NCBI GenBank assembly: GCA_002104945.1
Contig: MCFH01000038.1
Location: 124,001-188,000 of the forward strand
DNA: 64,000 nt
Direction of reading: 5' to 3'
Source: Piromyces finnis finn
Taxonomy: Eukaryota; Fungi; Neocallimastigomycota
Part shown: positions 40,618 through 54,399 of the stretch, one piece after another
Numbering within the stretch: position 1 is the stretch's first letter
Layout of the letters: each line of letters starts with the position of its first letter
Notes under the pieces: generated by a model
What the model saw: the letters and a program-made list of their open reading frames with translations, nothing else
The model's database searches: none
What the model was told of the DNA's origin: nothing
Program-made: the position numbers and the translations under genes

Positions 40618-41564
40618 TGATGATGATGATGATAATAATAATGATAATAATGATAATAATAAATTTATTAACAATAATTAAAATATTTATCTTTTTTTTT
40701 TTTCTATTTTCTTTTCTTTTTAAATCTTTTTAATAATATTAAATACATTTCTTGGTAAATTTCAATTCAATAATTTAAAGATTTAATTTAATTGAAAAAG
40801 ATTTAATAGAATTTAATCAAACAGCTTCACAGAAACCAGAATACAGGAAATATGAAGACGTATATAATAGAGTAATGCTAAAAGATAATATTGCTGTTGT
40901 AACCTTATTAGAAGATAAAAAAACAAATTTATGCTTAATAGTAGCAAATACACATCTTCACTGGGATCCAGCCTTTAAGGATGTTAAATTAGTACAAGCT
41001 GCAATATTGATTGAAGAAATTGAGAAATATAGTGAACTTTATATGAAGCGTCCATTACGTCAACAATTTACTAAATATTTACAAAATGATGTTACTCGTT
41101 TTCCATTGCTTGTATGTGGTGATTTCAACTCAGAAGAAGATTCTGGTGTATATGAATTCCTATCAAAGGCAAAGATTTCACCAGATCATGAAGATTATTT
41201 AGGACATTCTTATGGTACTGAAGAGGTTACCCATAAATTCCAATTAAAATCAGCTTATCTTGAAATCGATGATTTAGAATTTACAAACTATACCCCAGGA
41301 TTTAAGGGTGTACTTGATTATATATGGTACACCTCTAATACTATAAAGGTTACTGCTGCCTTAGGGGGTATTGATAAAAATTATATGAAGAAGGTTGTTG
41401 GTTTCCCAGAATTCCACTTCCCAAGTGATCATATTCCATTAATAACCCAAATAAAAATAAAAAATCAAATACCTCCACATCTAAATCAAGGCTCCATGAA
41501 TAGACAAGCACAAGCTGTTCAACAACAAACAGCACAACAAAGAAGACAGATGAATATGAAGTAG
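38927..41564 (+). CDS. CCR4: CCR4-NOT deadenylase subunit Ccr4 (LRR + EEP nuclease), 5 exons
   Basis: Q-rich N-terminus, LRRs ([16 protein letters not shown]), [45 protein letters not shown] and FPSDH. Confidence 0.95.
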
Positions 41565-42571
41565 AAGGGAAAGAGACCTTATTCAATAAATAAAAAAAAA
41601 GCCATTATTACATAAATAATAAATATTTTTGTTTTATCCAAAAGTAATAATAATATAATAGTAATATTAATAAATAATAATAACGATAATAGTAAAATAT
41701 ATATATATATTTTTTTTTTCATTAAAGTCATTAGTAAATTATAAATATTAAAAAATAATTTTTTTTTTTTTTCATATATTACATTAATTTAAAAAAAAAA
41801 AAAATAAAAAGAAATAAAATTTAAAAATATAAATAAAGTTAAATTTTTAAATATTAATTGATTTAAATATTTAATATTAATTTAATTGATATAATAATAG
41901 ATAATTATAATTTAAAAAAAAAACGAAAGAAAAAAAAATTGAAAAGTAACCTTTATTTAAATATTGATTTTTGTAAAAATGTAAAAATTAAATTCTTTTA
42001 TATATATATATATATAATATGAAAAAGAAAAACATTTCAATAGTCAGCATAGAAAAATAATATTATAAAAAAATGTAAAAGATAAATAATATAATTAATA
42101 TATTTACTTTTACCTTTACATCTATTACCATAAATTAATACCAATCATTACACAAAAAATTAAAACAAAAAAAAAAAAAATAATAAATAAAAATAAAATA
42201 TAATAAAATATAAAATATATATGTTAATATATTCAATGGTAAAACAGAGTACGGTTTATATATATATATATTAATTTATTATACTTTAAAAAATGTCTAA
42301 ATAATTAAATAAATAGTTATATTTAAAAATAATAATAAAAATAAATTTATTTTATAGTGTAATGTATTAAAAATTATGAAGGTATCTAAAATAAAAATGA
42401 ATTATGAATTGATATATTTATTTTTGAAACTAAATCCAAAATTCAATATTATTTTTATTTAAATCAAATTTTTGATAAATAGTCGAAAAAGTATGATCAT
42501 TCACTTGATATATTGAAATCCGTCTAGAAAAATGATTTCTGTATTTTCCATTAATTTATATGATTTATGAT

Positions 42572-44310
42572 TTATTCATCCATTTCATCATCTTCGGTAG
42601 CACCAAACTTTACACGCTTATTCACATTAAACTTTGGAGGTAATATCATTAAAAAAAAAAAAAAAAAAGTTAAAGATATTAAATTGTAATTAAATTTATG
42701 TATAGATATAAATAATATTATAAATATAAAAAAGGATATTTTTTGAAAAGCTTTTATCAGTTTTTTCTCTAATAGCTTCAATACTATCGTCATCCTCAGC
42801 CCATTCAAGAACTAAGTGTCTACCGTACAAGTGAGTATTGGTAAGATTTTCAAATACATTCTTAGCTTCTTGTTTAGTTAAGAAATCGATAAAACCGAAA
42901 CCACGATGAGAACCGTCAAATTTCTTTGGTAAACGAAGAGATTTGATTTGACCATAAGTACTATTTTATTTATAAACATACATATATATATATTATTCAT
43001 ATATATTAATAAAATTTTTTATATAAATTACTATTCAAATTTATATTAAATACAAATTATTAATTTCATTACCTAAATAATTCACGTAAATCCTTCTTAG
43101 TTGCTTCAAATGGAATATTTCTAACAATTAACTTGGTACTATTTGGTTCAATATGCTTATCAAACTTTCTCTTATTATTGTTATTATTTGTGGAAGATGC
43201 ACCGTGTGAGAATTTTAATGATAATGCGTGACCATCTAATGCAAATCCCTTTTAATAAATATATAGAATAGAGTAATTTAATTAGTAATTATAAAGTTAG
43301 TCATTTATTTTTTTAATAAATGATTGGTTTTATTTCATTTTTCACTTACTTGCATAGATTTTAAAGCGCTCATAGCATTTTCTTTTGTATCAAATTCTAC
43401 AAAACCAAAACCCATTGATAATGGTTTACCTGTTTTCTTATTTGGTTTCATAGAAACACGAGCTGTTCTCATACCCTTTAAATGCTTAAAGGCTTTAGTT
43501 AAACCTTCAGTAGTAGTATCAAAGTTTAAGTTTTTAACAAACAAAGTAACATTATCAGATGAAATATCGTCATTATTTACAGCATTTACATCATGTGTAT
43601 CTTCCTTTAATACCTTTAGTGGAATTTTTTTAGCCTTAGATGGATCGAATTTATCCTTGAAAGTACCAATTGGAGCCCATTCTAAATATAATGGTAAATG
43701 TTTGAATTTTGTGAAAGCTAAATTACGGAATGCATTCTTTGCTTCATTTGGTTCTAAAAATTCAACTAATGCGATAGTCTTAGCTGGTGGTAAAACGATC
43801 TATAATAAACCAATGATATATTTATTGTCGTTGAAATGAGTTAATATTATAAATTAAAAAGTTTATGTATGTATTTTATTATTCTTCTTATTCTTATTAT
43901 TATTCTTATTACTATTAAATGATTAAAACTTACACGTCCTAAAGATCCAAACTTTGACCATAAATTATATAATTCTGATTCTTCTGTATTTGCTGGAATA
44001 TTCTTAACTAAAATTACAGTATTACTACGTTTTTTCTGACCTTGTTCAAAAGCATTTAATGAAACACCTTCCTATTGTCATTAAATTATATTTGAATGAT
44101 CAAACTAAATTAGTTATTTTAATCATTGATAGTTATTTAAAAAAACAATAAAGACTTACATCTTCTAAATATTTTTTTGTTTCATTAATAATGTGTGTTT
44201 CAGCAAGAGCAAGACGAACAGCCATATTATCAGCTTCTTTGTCTAAAATATCTGATTTTTGAACATCTAATTTTTGAGCCATAGATTGTGCAATTGAATC
44301 CATCTATTTT

Positions 44311-44343
<33 letters not shown>

Positions 44344-45978
44344 ATCAAAAAATGTATTAATATAATTTATTATTTACATATAGTATATATATTATTATAT
44401 TACTTACATTCATAAATAAAGAATTCCAGTTAAAGTCACTACCAGCTGAAGCCTTCTTTTTTAATAATTGTTGCTTCTTATATGGTGTATTTTCGTCTAT
44501 TTCTTCCTTTTTCATTGGCTTTTCTTTACCAGGTCTAATATCTAAAATTCTACCTTGGAAAATTTTACCATCCAAACTCATATAAGCATTAATTGCATGT
44601 TCTGGCAAAAGATATAAAATAAAGGCATAACCTCTTGATTGTTTGGTTTCCTTTGTTATAGGAATATGAATCTTTTTTTATAATAATTAATTATTAATTT
44701 ATATAACGATAATTATTTTTTATTTATATTTAAATACAAAAGAAAAAGTTATTAAATTGTATCCATTGAATTGATTAATAATATATATACCTCTGATAAT
44801 GGTCCGAATTTTTCAAATAAGTTTCTTAAATCATCTTCAGTACATGCAAAGGATAAATTTTTAACAAATAAACGTCCTGTATCAGCAATTAATTGTGCTG
44901 GTGGAATATTTTCTTCTTCTTCAACCTTTTTTTCCTTTTTTTTTCTCTTTTTATCAAGCATAGCATCAATATCCTTTTCTTCTTCATCATCGGAATCAAA
45001 TAAATCTACCTTTTTATCTGGTATAATTTCATTATCATCATTTCCTGCTTCCTTTTCTTTCTTATCGTCTTCGCTTTCGTCTTCATCATCATTACTATCA
45101 TCCTCGCTTTCATCTTCATCACTATCATCACTATCATCATTATCACTTGAATCATCACTTGAATCACTATCTTCATTACTACTTGATTCTTCACTACTAT
45201 CATTTTCATCATCATCATCATCTTTTTCTTCTTCTTCTTCTTCCTTCTAAATATATTTTAATTATTTTAATAAATAACAATTAAAGGATATTAAATATTT
45301 TATTATTACTACTTAAGTATTAATAATATGATTTCTCTTAGATAACACTATTCAATTCTTTTGCAATTTAATAAATATAATAAAATTACCTTTCTCATTT
45401 TTGAACGTAAGAAATCCATATGTGAGATTGTAGATTTCTTTTCGATTTCTGGATTATCTTCAATATCCATTTCATTATTGTCATTAATATCGTTTGATTC
45501 ATTTTTTTCTTCTTTATTTGATTCTTCAGTTTTTTTTGGAATATCTTCATATTCGTCATCAGAATCATCAAATGTTAAATGAGTTTTTGTTACTAATAAA
45601 CCTTCACCACCAGGTTTCTTATTTGGTACAGCAATTGCTTGGATTTTTGGTTTACCTCTTATAGTAGCGTCATCTTGTTTTGAGCCATCATCATTTGTCC
45701 ATGTTTTAGCATGTGAACGAGGTTTCATTACATTTAAATATTCTTGTAATTTTTCATCTGTTTCATCTCCGTAAATTTCAGATAAAAATTTTTTTTTTCT
45801 TTCTAATTCCTTTTCAACTTGAAGTTTATTTCTTTGACGTTTTTCTTCTTTTTCTCTTTCTATACGTTTTGCTTCATTTTCTTCATTTATTTTTTTCATA
45901 TATGCTGAACTACCTTGTGAATATTTACTCCAAGGTCTTACAAGTGTTGCATCACCAATCTTTATATATATTGTTTTA

Positions 45979-46013
<35 letters not shown>

Positions 46014-46623
46014 TAAAAAAAAAAACATTTTTATATTCGTATATTTGGAAATTTTTAATATTAGAAATCAATATCAATATTCGTATATTAATTAATATGA
46101 AATGTTTATTATCATATGTAATTAAAGTTTTCATTATTATTATTATTTTATTTATTACATTATATTATTTTAAAATGTACTTACTGTTTTTGCAATTTCA
46201 ACTTTAATTTTAGAAGTATCAATATATGTATTATCAAAATATTTTACAGCCTTTTTTGCTTCCTTTTCACTTTTATAACCGATAAATCCAAAACGACGAA
46301 AAACACCATCTCTTTTTATAATGTTAAATATATAATGTTTTTAATATATTATTCTTTTAAAAATATATACATTTAATTAAAACTCTATAACCAATTTAAA
46401 GTCATATTTACCTTGTAAATGCTAATTTTGAGTCTGTTATTTCACCCTTTGCTACAAAATGCTCACGGAATCTTTCCGCAGTTAAATGTTTTGGTAAATT
46501 CTTAACAATAATTCTTGAAGACCTTTAATATTAATGTCATTTATTAAAATATAATTAATACTCAAAATTTAAATTTGAAATTGAAATTTAATTAATTTAA
46601 TTTTGTTTTGATAATATTTACAT
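42572..46623 (-). CDS. MRD1: Multiple-RRM pre-rRNA processing protein Mrd1/RBM19 (5 RRMs)
   Basis: [11 protein letters not shown]...[43 protein letters not shown]...MGFGFVEF, and HRGFGFIDF...[12 protein letters not shown]. The start codon is split by intron 1 and the last intron is AT-AC. Confidence 0.93.
42640..42739 (-). other. U12-type (minor spliceosome) AT-AC intron, 100 nt, in MRD1
   Basis: Minus strand: exon ...TCA AAA A|ATATCCTTTTT..., branch-like TCTTTAAC (42676-42669), ...ATATTAC|CT CCA AAG. There is no GT donor in the interval. Removal restores the frame to give ...[24 protein letters not shown]. Confidence 0.85.
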
Positions 46624-47399
46624 TTTCCTTTAAAAGTTTTAATTTTTAATACTTCTTATATACTCCTTTCTTCTTTTCTACTTATTTAAATCAACAATTA
46701 ATAATATATTAAACTATATTGACATAACCGGATATTTAAATTAGTTGTTTTTTTCTCAATATTATAAAACTTTTTATTTAATAATTTAAAAAAAAAAAAA
46801 AAATAATATTTAAAAAAAAAATAAGTTAAAACAATTTTAACCAATCATATATTTTTATTGAAGTTTAAATATAATAATATAATATCAATGATGGGTTAGG
46901 TTTAATTATTTTATATTATTTTTAATTAGCATTTATAATTTAGTTTTCGTATAAAAATATTAAAAAGTTCCAATAAATTAAAAAAAATAAACATTTTTTT
47001 ATTTTTTTTTTATAAAATATATAACTATATAATATTTATATAATATTTTTAAAAACGACAGGATTAGAATTTATAATTTTAAAAGATGTTTTTATTTTAA
47101 TTAAATGTTACACAAAAATATTTCATGTCATTTTATTTAATATTAATTTTTTAACACTATCTTTTTTAATTTCTTAAAAGGTATTTGCATATATATAAAA
47201 TGAAAATATATATTATTTATATAATTAACAATAGTTTTTATAATTCGTTATTAGAACGCTTGGTTTTAATTTCTAAATGATAATAATATAAGAACCCAAA
47301 AATAGTAATTTATTGTAATAATAATATCGAGAGGTTTCCTTTCTTGTTACATTTAAATGTATATTATTAAAAACTGAATAAAAATTCAAAAAGTAGTAA

Positions 47400-47465
<66 letters not shown>

Positions 47466-48600
47466 GGATTACATATTATAAAAATACAATTATTTTTCAG
47501 ATAATAACTATTAATTATCAATATTAATAGGTGTTTGCTAACTTTTAATATTTAAGAAATTCATATTCATAATAATTTTGTTTTGAGTAAAATTTAAAGT
47601 ATTTAAAAATAGAACTTTTAAATAATATAAAATTTTAATAAATAATGATACATAATATATTATATGTAATATATAAATATAATATATATTGAATATATTA
47701 TAATAATGAACTTATTAATTATATATATTTAAAAATTTAAACAAAAATATTTGATGTTTTAATAACATTTTCTAAAAATAAAATTTAAACATTGTTTTTT
47801 ATAATAAAATTTAATGTAAGAATTGTGATTATTTCATTTAAATAATTGAAAAAGAATTTTAAAAGATTGAAAGAACAATTTTTATATGTAAAATTTATTT
47901 AAAAAAGGTATATACATATATATTATTATAATATGAAATTAAACATAAATATTGTTTTTATTTAATAACTTTTTTTTAATAAAATTAAAAATTATGTAAT
48001 TGAAATTTACTAAAATTTTAAAATATATTCAATATCCATATAAATAAATCTTATAAAACATTTTAGATAATAAATATAAATTAAAAAAATATAAAAATAA
48101 TTTATACATTAAACGATATCACCATACTAATTTATTATAATTATTATTAATCAATAAAATTACCATACATTATATCAAAATATACATTATTTAAAAAACA
48201 TACATATTTCTTGACAATAAAACATAAATTAATACAAATAAAATATAATTAAATATACTAAATCAAATTTTAGAAAAATGATTTATAAAAGGTAAAAATT
48301 AAAATAATTAAAAAAAGTGATATTTAATGTAAATAAATATTTGTATTTAATGATATTAATAAAAATTAAACATTTCAAATGTTTATTTCTTTAATATTTA
48401 TAAATATATATATGAAGAAAATAAATTAAGAGTTTTTATTTATATATTCTTAATGTCAAATTAGTAATTTTATATAAAACAAAAAATAATATCTAAATAA
48501 AATTTAAATTTTAATAAAAAGTTGATTTCAAAATTACAATTTTTATTATAAATACCGATAAAGACTTTTTACCTTTTTTTACTCCTCACTAAATATAAAT

Positions 48601-49682
48601 ATGGCAAAGCAAAGAATTTCATATGTTGTTCGTGAAAATTATGATGAAGCTGGTCATAATTCTGGTATAAATTCACTTGCATTAGATGTCCAAACTCCTG
48701 GAGGTTTATTATATACAGCTGGAAAGGATTCAAAAATTGTTTCTTGGGATTTACATTTAGATGATGTTAATAGTAATCCATATTATGTTAAAAGAGAAAA
48801 TATGAGTAATATGGAAAATTTAAATAACCCTCAAGAGTATTCGTCTTTTGTTGATATAAATCACGAAGAAATAAATAATAAAATGGAATATAATGAGTCT
48901 TTTGATAGTCAGAGGGATTTCTCATTGGTAAAGAATTACCATTCTGAAGAAATAACGAAAAATAATTCATATAACCATAGTTGTTCATTAAATAATTCAA
49001 CAACAGGAATAACAATAAAAAGTAACATTCAAAAATTAAAACAAAAATATTCACAAAATTTTGATTTAAGAAGAAGAAAGGTTTTTATTATAAATATATA
49101 TATATATATAATTCAATAAGAATAATATTTTAAATAAAAATAAATATTATTTTGATATTTATATATATAAATAGTGCATAACTCAAACACCTACATTCAA
49201 TACAAATTATTGGTATCACTCAGATTGGGTTAATGATATAGTATTAACAGAAAAAAAGGATCATTGTAAGCACTGTATTTTTTAAAAGAGTTATAAATGT
49301 ATCAAATGTTTATTATTGTTAATATTTATTGATGCATTTTATAAAAAAAAATAAATTTTTATTATTATACATAAAAAAGTTATATCAGCTTCATCTGATA
49401 GATCCATTTACTTATGGGATGTTAAAAATAAACTTCCTTTATCTCGTATTGGATTTCATAAAGATGATGTAAGAGTCTTAGCATATTCTTCAAAGCGTAA
49501 CTGGGTTGCATCAGGTGGTTTTGATCAAAGAGTACTTTTCTGGGATTTAGGTGAAGGAAGAGTAAAACCAATATGTAAATATTAAAATAAATATATTATA
49601 ATTTTAATAAAAATAGTATTTTATATTTTAAAAATTTCAACAACAATAATATCAACAAGTAAAAAAAAAAAAATAATAATAA

Positions 49683-49747
<65 letters not shown>

Positions 49748-49762
49748 GTAATAATAATAATA

Positions 49763-49816
<54 letters not shown>

Positions 49817-52800
49817 TAATTATTAGTTACATCCGATGATTCTTTAACTCAAGCTTCTATTTATTCTATCGCTACAAATAATGAAGGAAATGTTTTAGTA
49901 ACAGGATCTCCTGAAAGGGTATTTTTTTTTTTTTTTTAATTTATTCATTGAAAATTAAACTAATAATATAAAAAATGTTTAAATTAATTAAAATATATAT
50001 AAAGATTGTTAGAATATGGGATACAAGACAAGGAAAACAAGTGTTAAAATTAACAGGTCATTCTGATAATGTTCGTGCATTAATCGTTAGTGAAGATGGA
50101 AAATGGGTAAATATCAATTATAGTAATATACATATTAATAAAATGTATTTAAATGTAATATTTAAAAAAAAAAAAAAAAAAAAAAAAAGAATAAATAAAT
50201 AAATAAATATATATATATATTAAATATAATGTAGGTTCTTTCAGGTTCTTCAGATTCTTCTATTAAATTATGGTCTATTGCAAATGTTAAAAGATGTGTT
50301 ATGACATATAATCATTATTCTGATTCTGTATGGTCATTAACATCAAATGATCCATATTTAAAAACCTTTTGGGCAGGTGGAAGAGATGGTTGCATTACAA
50401 AAATTAATCAATCCTCAAATTATGATTACAATAATCAGTACGACAATGATTATGGTGATTGCGTATTAGTATGTAAAGAAAATGCTGGTATTGTAAAGGT
50501 AAAACAAAGTTAAACATAACTTAATTAAATAAACATAGAAATTTTTAATGATATTTGTATTCATATACTTTATTTTATAAATTTATTAAATATAGCTTGC
50601 AGCAATTAATAATGGATATATATATGCAGCAACAAATTCATCCAACATAAATTGCTGGGTACTTATAAATAATAAGATTATTAAATATATGCATATTATA
50701 ATAATAAGTCAATTCCTTAACTATTATATTATTCTATAATTTTAAAAGAGAGATATTCCTTTAAGTTCACAATCGTTAAATTTATATAAAGATCAAAATG
50801 CAAATGACTTTGAAAGAATAAATATTCCAAAATCATCTGTAATCACCCAACCAAATGATATAATTAATGATTCTCTTTATACATTTAATCAAATTCAATC
50901 TGTCGCTTCCGTTGATACACGGTCTATAAGTTTAAATGATAATTATATTGATTATGATTTTTCAAATCGTTTAGCTTGTGAAGATTATGTTGTTCCGATT
51001 TTTTCAAAGCCAGAAGCAACTATTCAAGGTAAACCCCCAATAATTAAATTTACAATGATGAATGATAGAAGACATGTGTTAACACAGGACTCTGACAAGA
51101 ATATTGATGAATGGGATATAATATTGTGTAAAAAAAATAAAAGTTATGGAAAAGCTGATTATGATAAAGTATTAAAAGAAACAAATAAGAAGATATCGAC
51201 TGAAAATTGGTGTTCAGTTGATATACATACAGGAGCATTGACAGTTTCTATGATTCCAAATAAAGTATTTGAATCATTGATATACTATGATGAATGCATA
51301 GAAGATGAGCTTGTTCCTGATAGCTTACTAGAATCCAGAGTTAATATTGGAAGATGGGTATTAACAAATTTATTTTACAATTTTATTATGGCAGTTAATA
51401 ATAAAGATCCAAACATTGATGAAAAAAATAAAGAATTATTGAATGTAGTAAATAACAACAACAACAACAATAATAATAATAATAGTAGTAATAATAATAA
51501 CGAAACTGAAAATGAAAATCTTAATTTAGCAAAAAGTAATTCTTCAATACGTTGTTTAACACCGCTATTAACTGACGATAATTGTTCTGTACCAGAGTCA
51601 ATTGGTACACTTTCTATGACTTCTCTTAATAAAAATGAATGTGTAAAACTTACAAGTTTAAGTAGAATAAATAGTCAAAAGGTTATTGTTAATAAGAACA
51701 AGACCCCAATGTTTCCAGAATTAAAAAATAATTATAGTGATGAAGAAGATGATGCCGAAACTAATGATAATTCATCATATAATGCACTTTCACCATGTAA
51801 CCAATCCAGCAATGATGGTCATAGTATAAATGGTGAGGTACCTGAAGGTGGCTTAACTCAAACACCAGATCTTAATAAAGATGATTCTAGTAATTATTTA
51901 ATACCATCTGATACTGCAGGTATTAATAGAGAAGCAAGCAGTAACAATAGTTCTGTTTATTTAAGTGTAAGTTTTTGTTTAATTAATAATATATTAGTAT
52001 TAGTATTAATAAAAAACAATAATATTGACTTTTTTTTTAGTCCCTTTCAACATTATCCAAAAATAACTCAGTAAGTACTTCAAACAATTTACTTTTAACA
52101 CCACTAACACCGTTGTCCAGTAATAAAGAAAAATCAGGTTCATCACTAAACAAATCAAATTCTTATAATGAAAATACTAATAACGAAGAAAAGCGTAAAT
52201 CAGTGTCCAATGAAAGTTCCAGTCAATTAAAAACAAAAGAAAAAAGTTTTATTCGTAGAATTCGTTCACATGTTCATAAGCGTTCACCCTCATCTTCACG
52301 TCAAAAAGATTCTAAAAAAAGTATAAGTAGTGGTGGAATAAGTTCAAAATCATCCATTGTAACGAATACAACTCTTGTTACAACATCAATAAATTCAAAT
52401 AACCCAAGTAAAACTAAAGCTGTGCCAGAGCCAAAAACTGTAATAAATATATTTAATATTACAATTATAATAAAACAAAATTACAAAATTAAAATATTAT
52501 AATATTTTTATTTAAATTTTAATTTTATAGGATGGACCAATTAATTTTGCTGAATGTCCATATGTAAAATTACCACGAGAAGTTCCAATAATTATTAGTA
52601 GTCTTGAATCCGATGATGCGGTAACTTATATAGATCAAGATCGTGAAACCGTTGGATCTCTTGGTGAACCAAATACTACTAAATATTTATGTAATAGTTC
52701 AATATTACCAAAGTGGGTATACGATTGTGTTATTAATGTAAGTTGTAAATTTATATAATATTATTTTCTTTTCATATTACCTATTGATTTTCGATATAAA

Positions 52801-53427
52801 TCTTTCTTTTGTTTTCTTTTTTTATGAAATTTATTGGTATAGAAAAAAATACCTGCTATTGAAGCTAAAAAAGTTAATTTTGTTTTAAAACCATATCCGA
52901 AAAGTGATATGCCTGAATTCCCAACAGGGTAATTAATAAATAACTTTATAAATTTACATATAATTTATTTTAAATATAAAATAAATAATAATACATAATA
53001 CTTATTCAAATATTTTGTATTATAAAAACTTATATAAGCAATAATCATTTATGTGCCAATAGAATGTTAAGAATTAGAAAAGTTATAACATATGTTGTAG
53101 ATAAACTAAACTTATCCAAAACAACATTATCAAAGGCAAATAGAGCATCTTCTGTTAGTTTATCAGAAATAAATACATCAAATACTGGAGGCATAAAAGC
53201 TGAAAATTGGATTGAAATATTATGTAATGAAGAGGTAATTATAATAATCTTTAATATATAAGAATATATAAATATATTATACTTTTTATTAATAATTATT
53301 TTATTAAAAAAAAAAAAAATAGGTTCTTGATCCATCTACAACTTTAGCAACTTGTAAAAACCACTATTCAAAAACTAGTGGAGATGTTGTTCTTTATTAT
53401 AGATATATCATTAAAGAAATTAAATAG
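48601..53427 (+). CDS. WDR48: WD40 deubiquitinase activator WDR48/UAF1 (Bun107/Duf1-like) with a C-terminal DUF3337/SUMO-like region, ~12 exons
   Basis: RISYVVR...GINSL...LYTAGKDS, HSDWVNDI, LTGHSDNVRAL, NDRRHVLT, NWCSVDIHTGAL, RVNIGRWVL, ANRMLRIRKVITYV and EILCNEEVLDPSTTLAT. Confidence 0.9.
49629..49820 (+). repeat. Short element: 32-bp head + poly(A) + (AAT)n, copy 1 (inside a WDR48 intron)
   Basis: TAAAAATTTCAACAACAATAATATCAACAAGT followed by A-run and long (AAT)n; the same head occurs at 53627. Confidence 0.75.
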
Positions 53428-53626
53428 AATAATATATTGAAGTTTTTTTTTTATTTTTATATATGGAAATATAATTTATTTCCTCCAAGTTACACAAATT
53501 AAGAAATAAAATATAGTTATAAATAATTGTTTATATTGATGAAAAGATTACTAAAATAAAAATCTTTATATCTTAATATAAACTATTAATTAAAATAATT
53601 TCCAAAAAATAGTAATACTTATAATA

Positions 53627-53859
<233 letters not shown>

Positions 53860-54399
53860 CATCCTGTTTTACTGTTACATATCTTTTTTTAAAAAAAATA
53901 TAATAAATTATAATAATCTATTAAAAAGAATTTTTGCTTGGTGAAATTTAAAAAATAAAAAAAAAAGAGTTTAGAATGAAAAGAATGAAACTTAAATAAT
54001 TTTAATTCATATAAAAATATTCTATTTTTATTTTAGAGTTTTATTCTTTTCTTTGGACTTAAATTTTTATTATAAATTATAAATACTACAAATGATATTT
54101 TTATATTTTTAATTTTTATAATAATTATAATTATGATAATAATAGAAAAATACCAATAATAATATAATAATAATATTGGTAAAATAATATTTTTAGAAAA
54201 TTATTAAACTAAATTTGGTATTACCAAAATTCTTATAATAAATTAATAAGTTTTAATTAGGAAGTTTTTTTTCTTTATTTTATTAAAATTATAAAAGAAT
54301 TTTCTTATTTTATAATTTTTTTATTTTTCTTTATTAAGTAATTTAGATAAAAAAAAAATTTATTAAAAACTATTTATTTTAAATTTGAATATTAAATGT

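Noticed and set aside
42572-42808. 78-aa ORF in the track read as an independent gene
   Set aside because: It is a chimera of an off-frame MRD1 exon, the AT-AC intron (FFFFF from a T run) and the true last exon.
43324-46207. Plus-strand ORFs opposite MRD1
   Set aside because: Antisense shadows of RRM and acidic exons.
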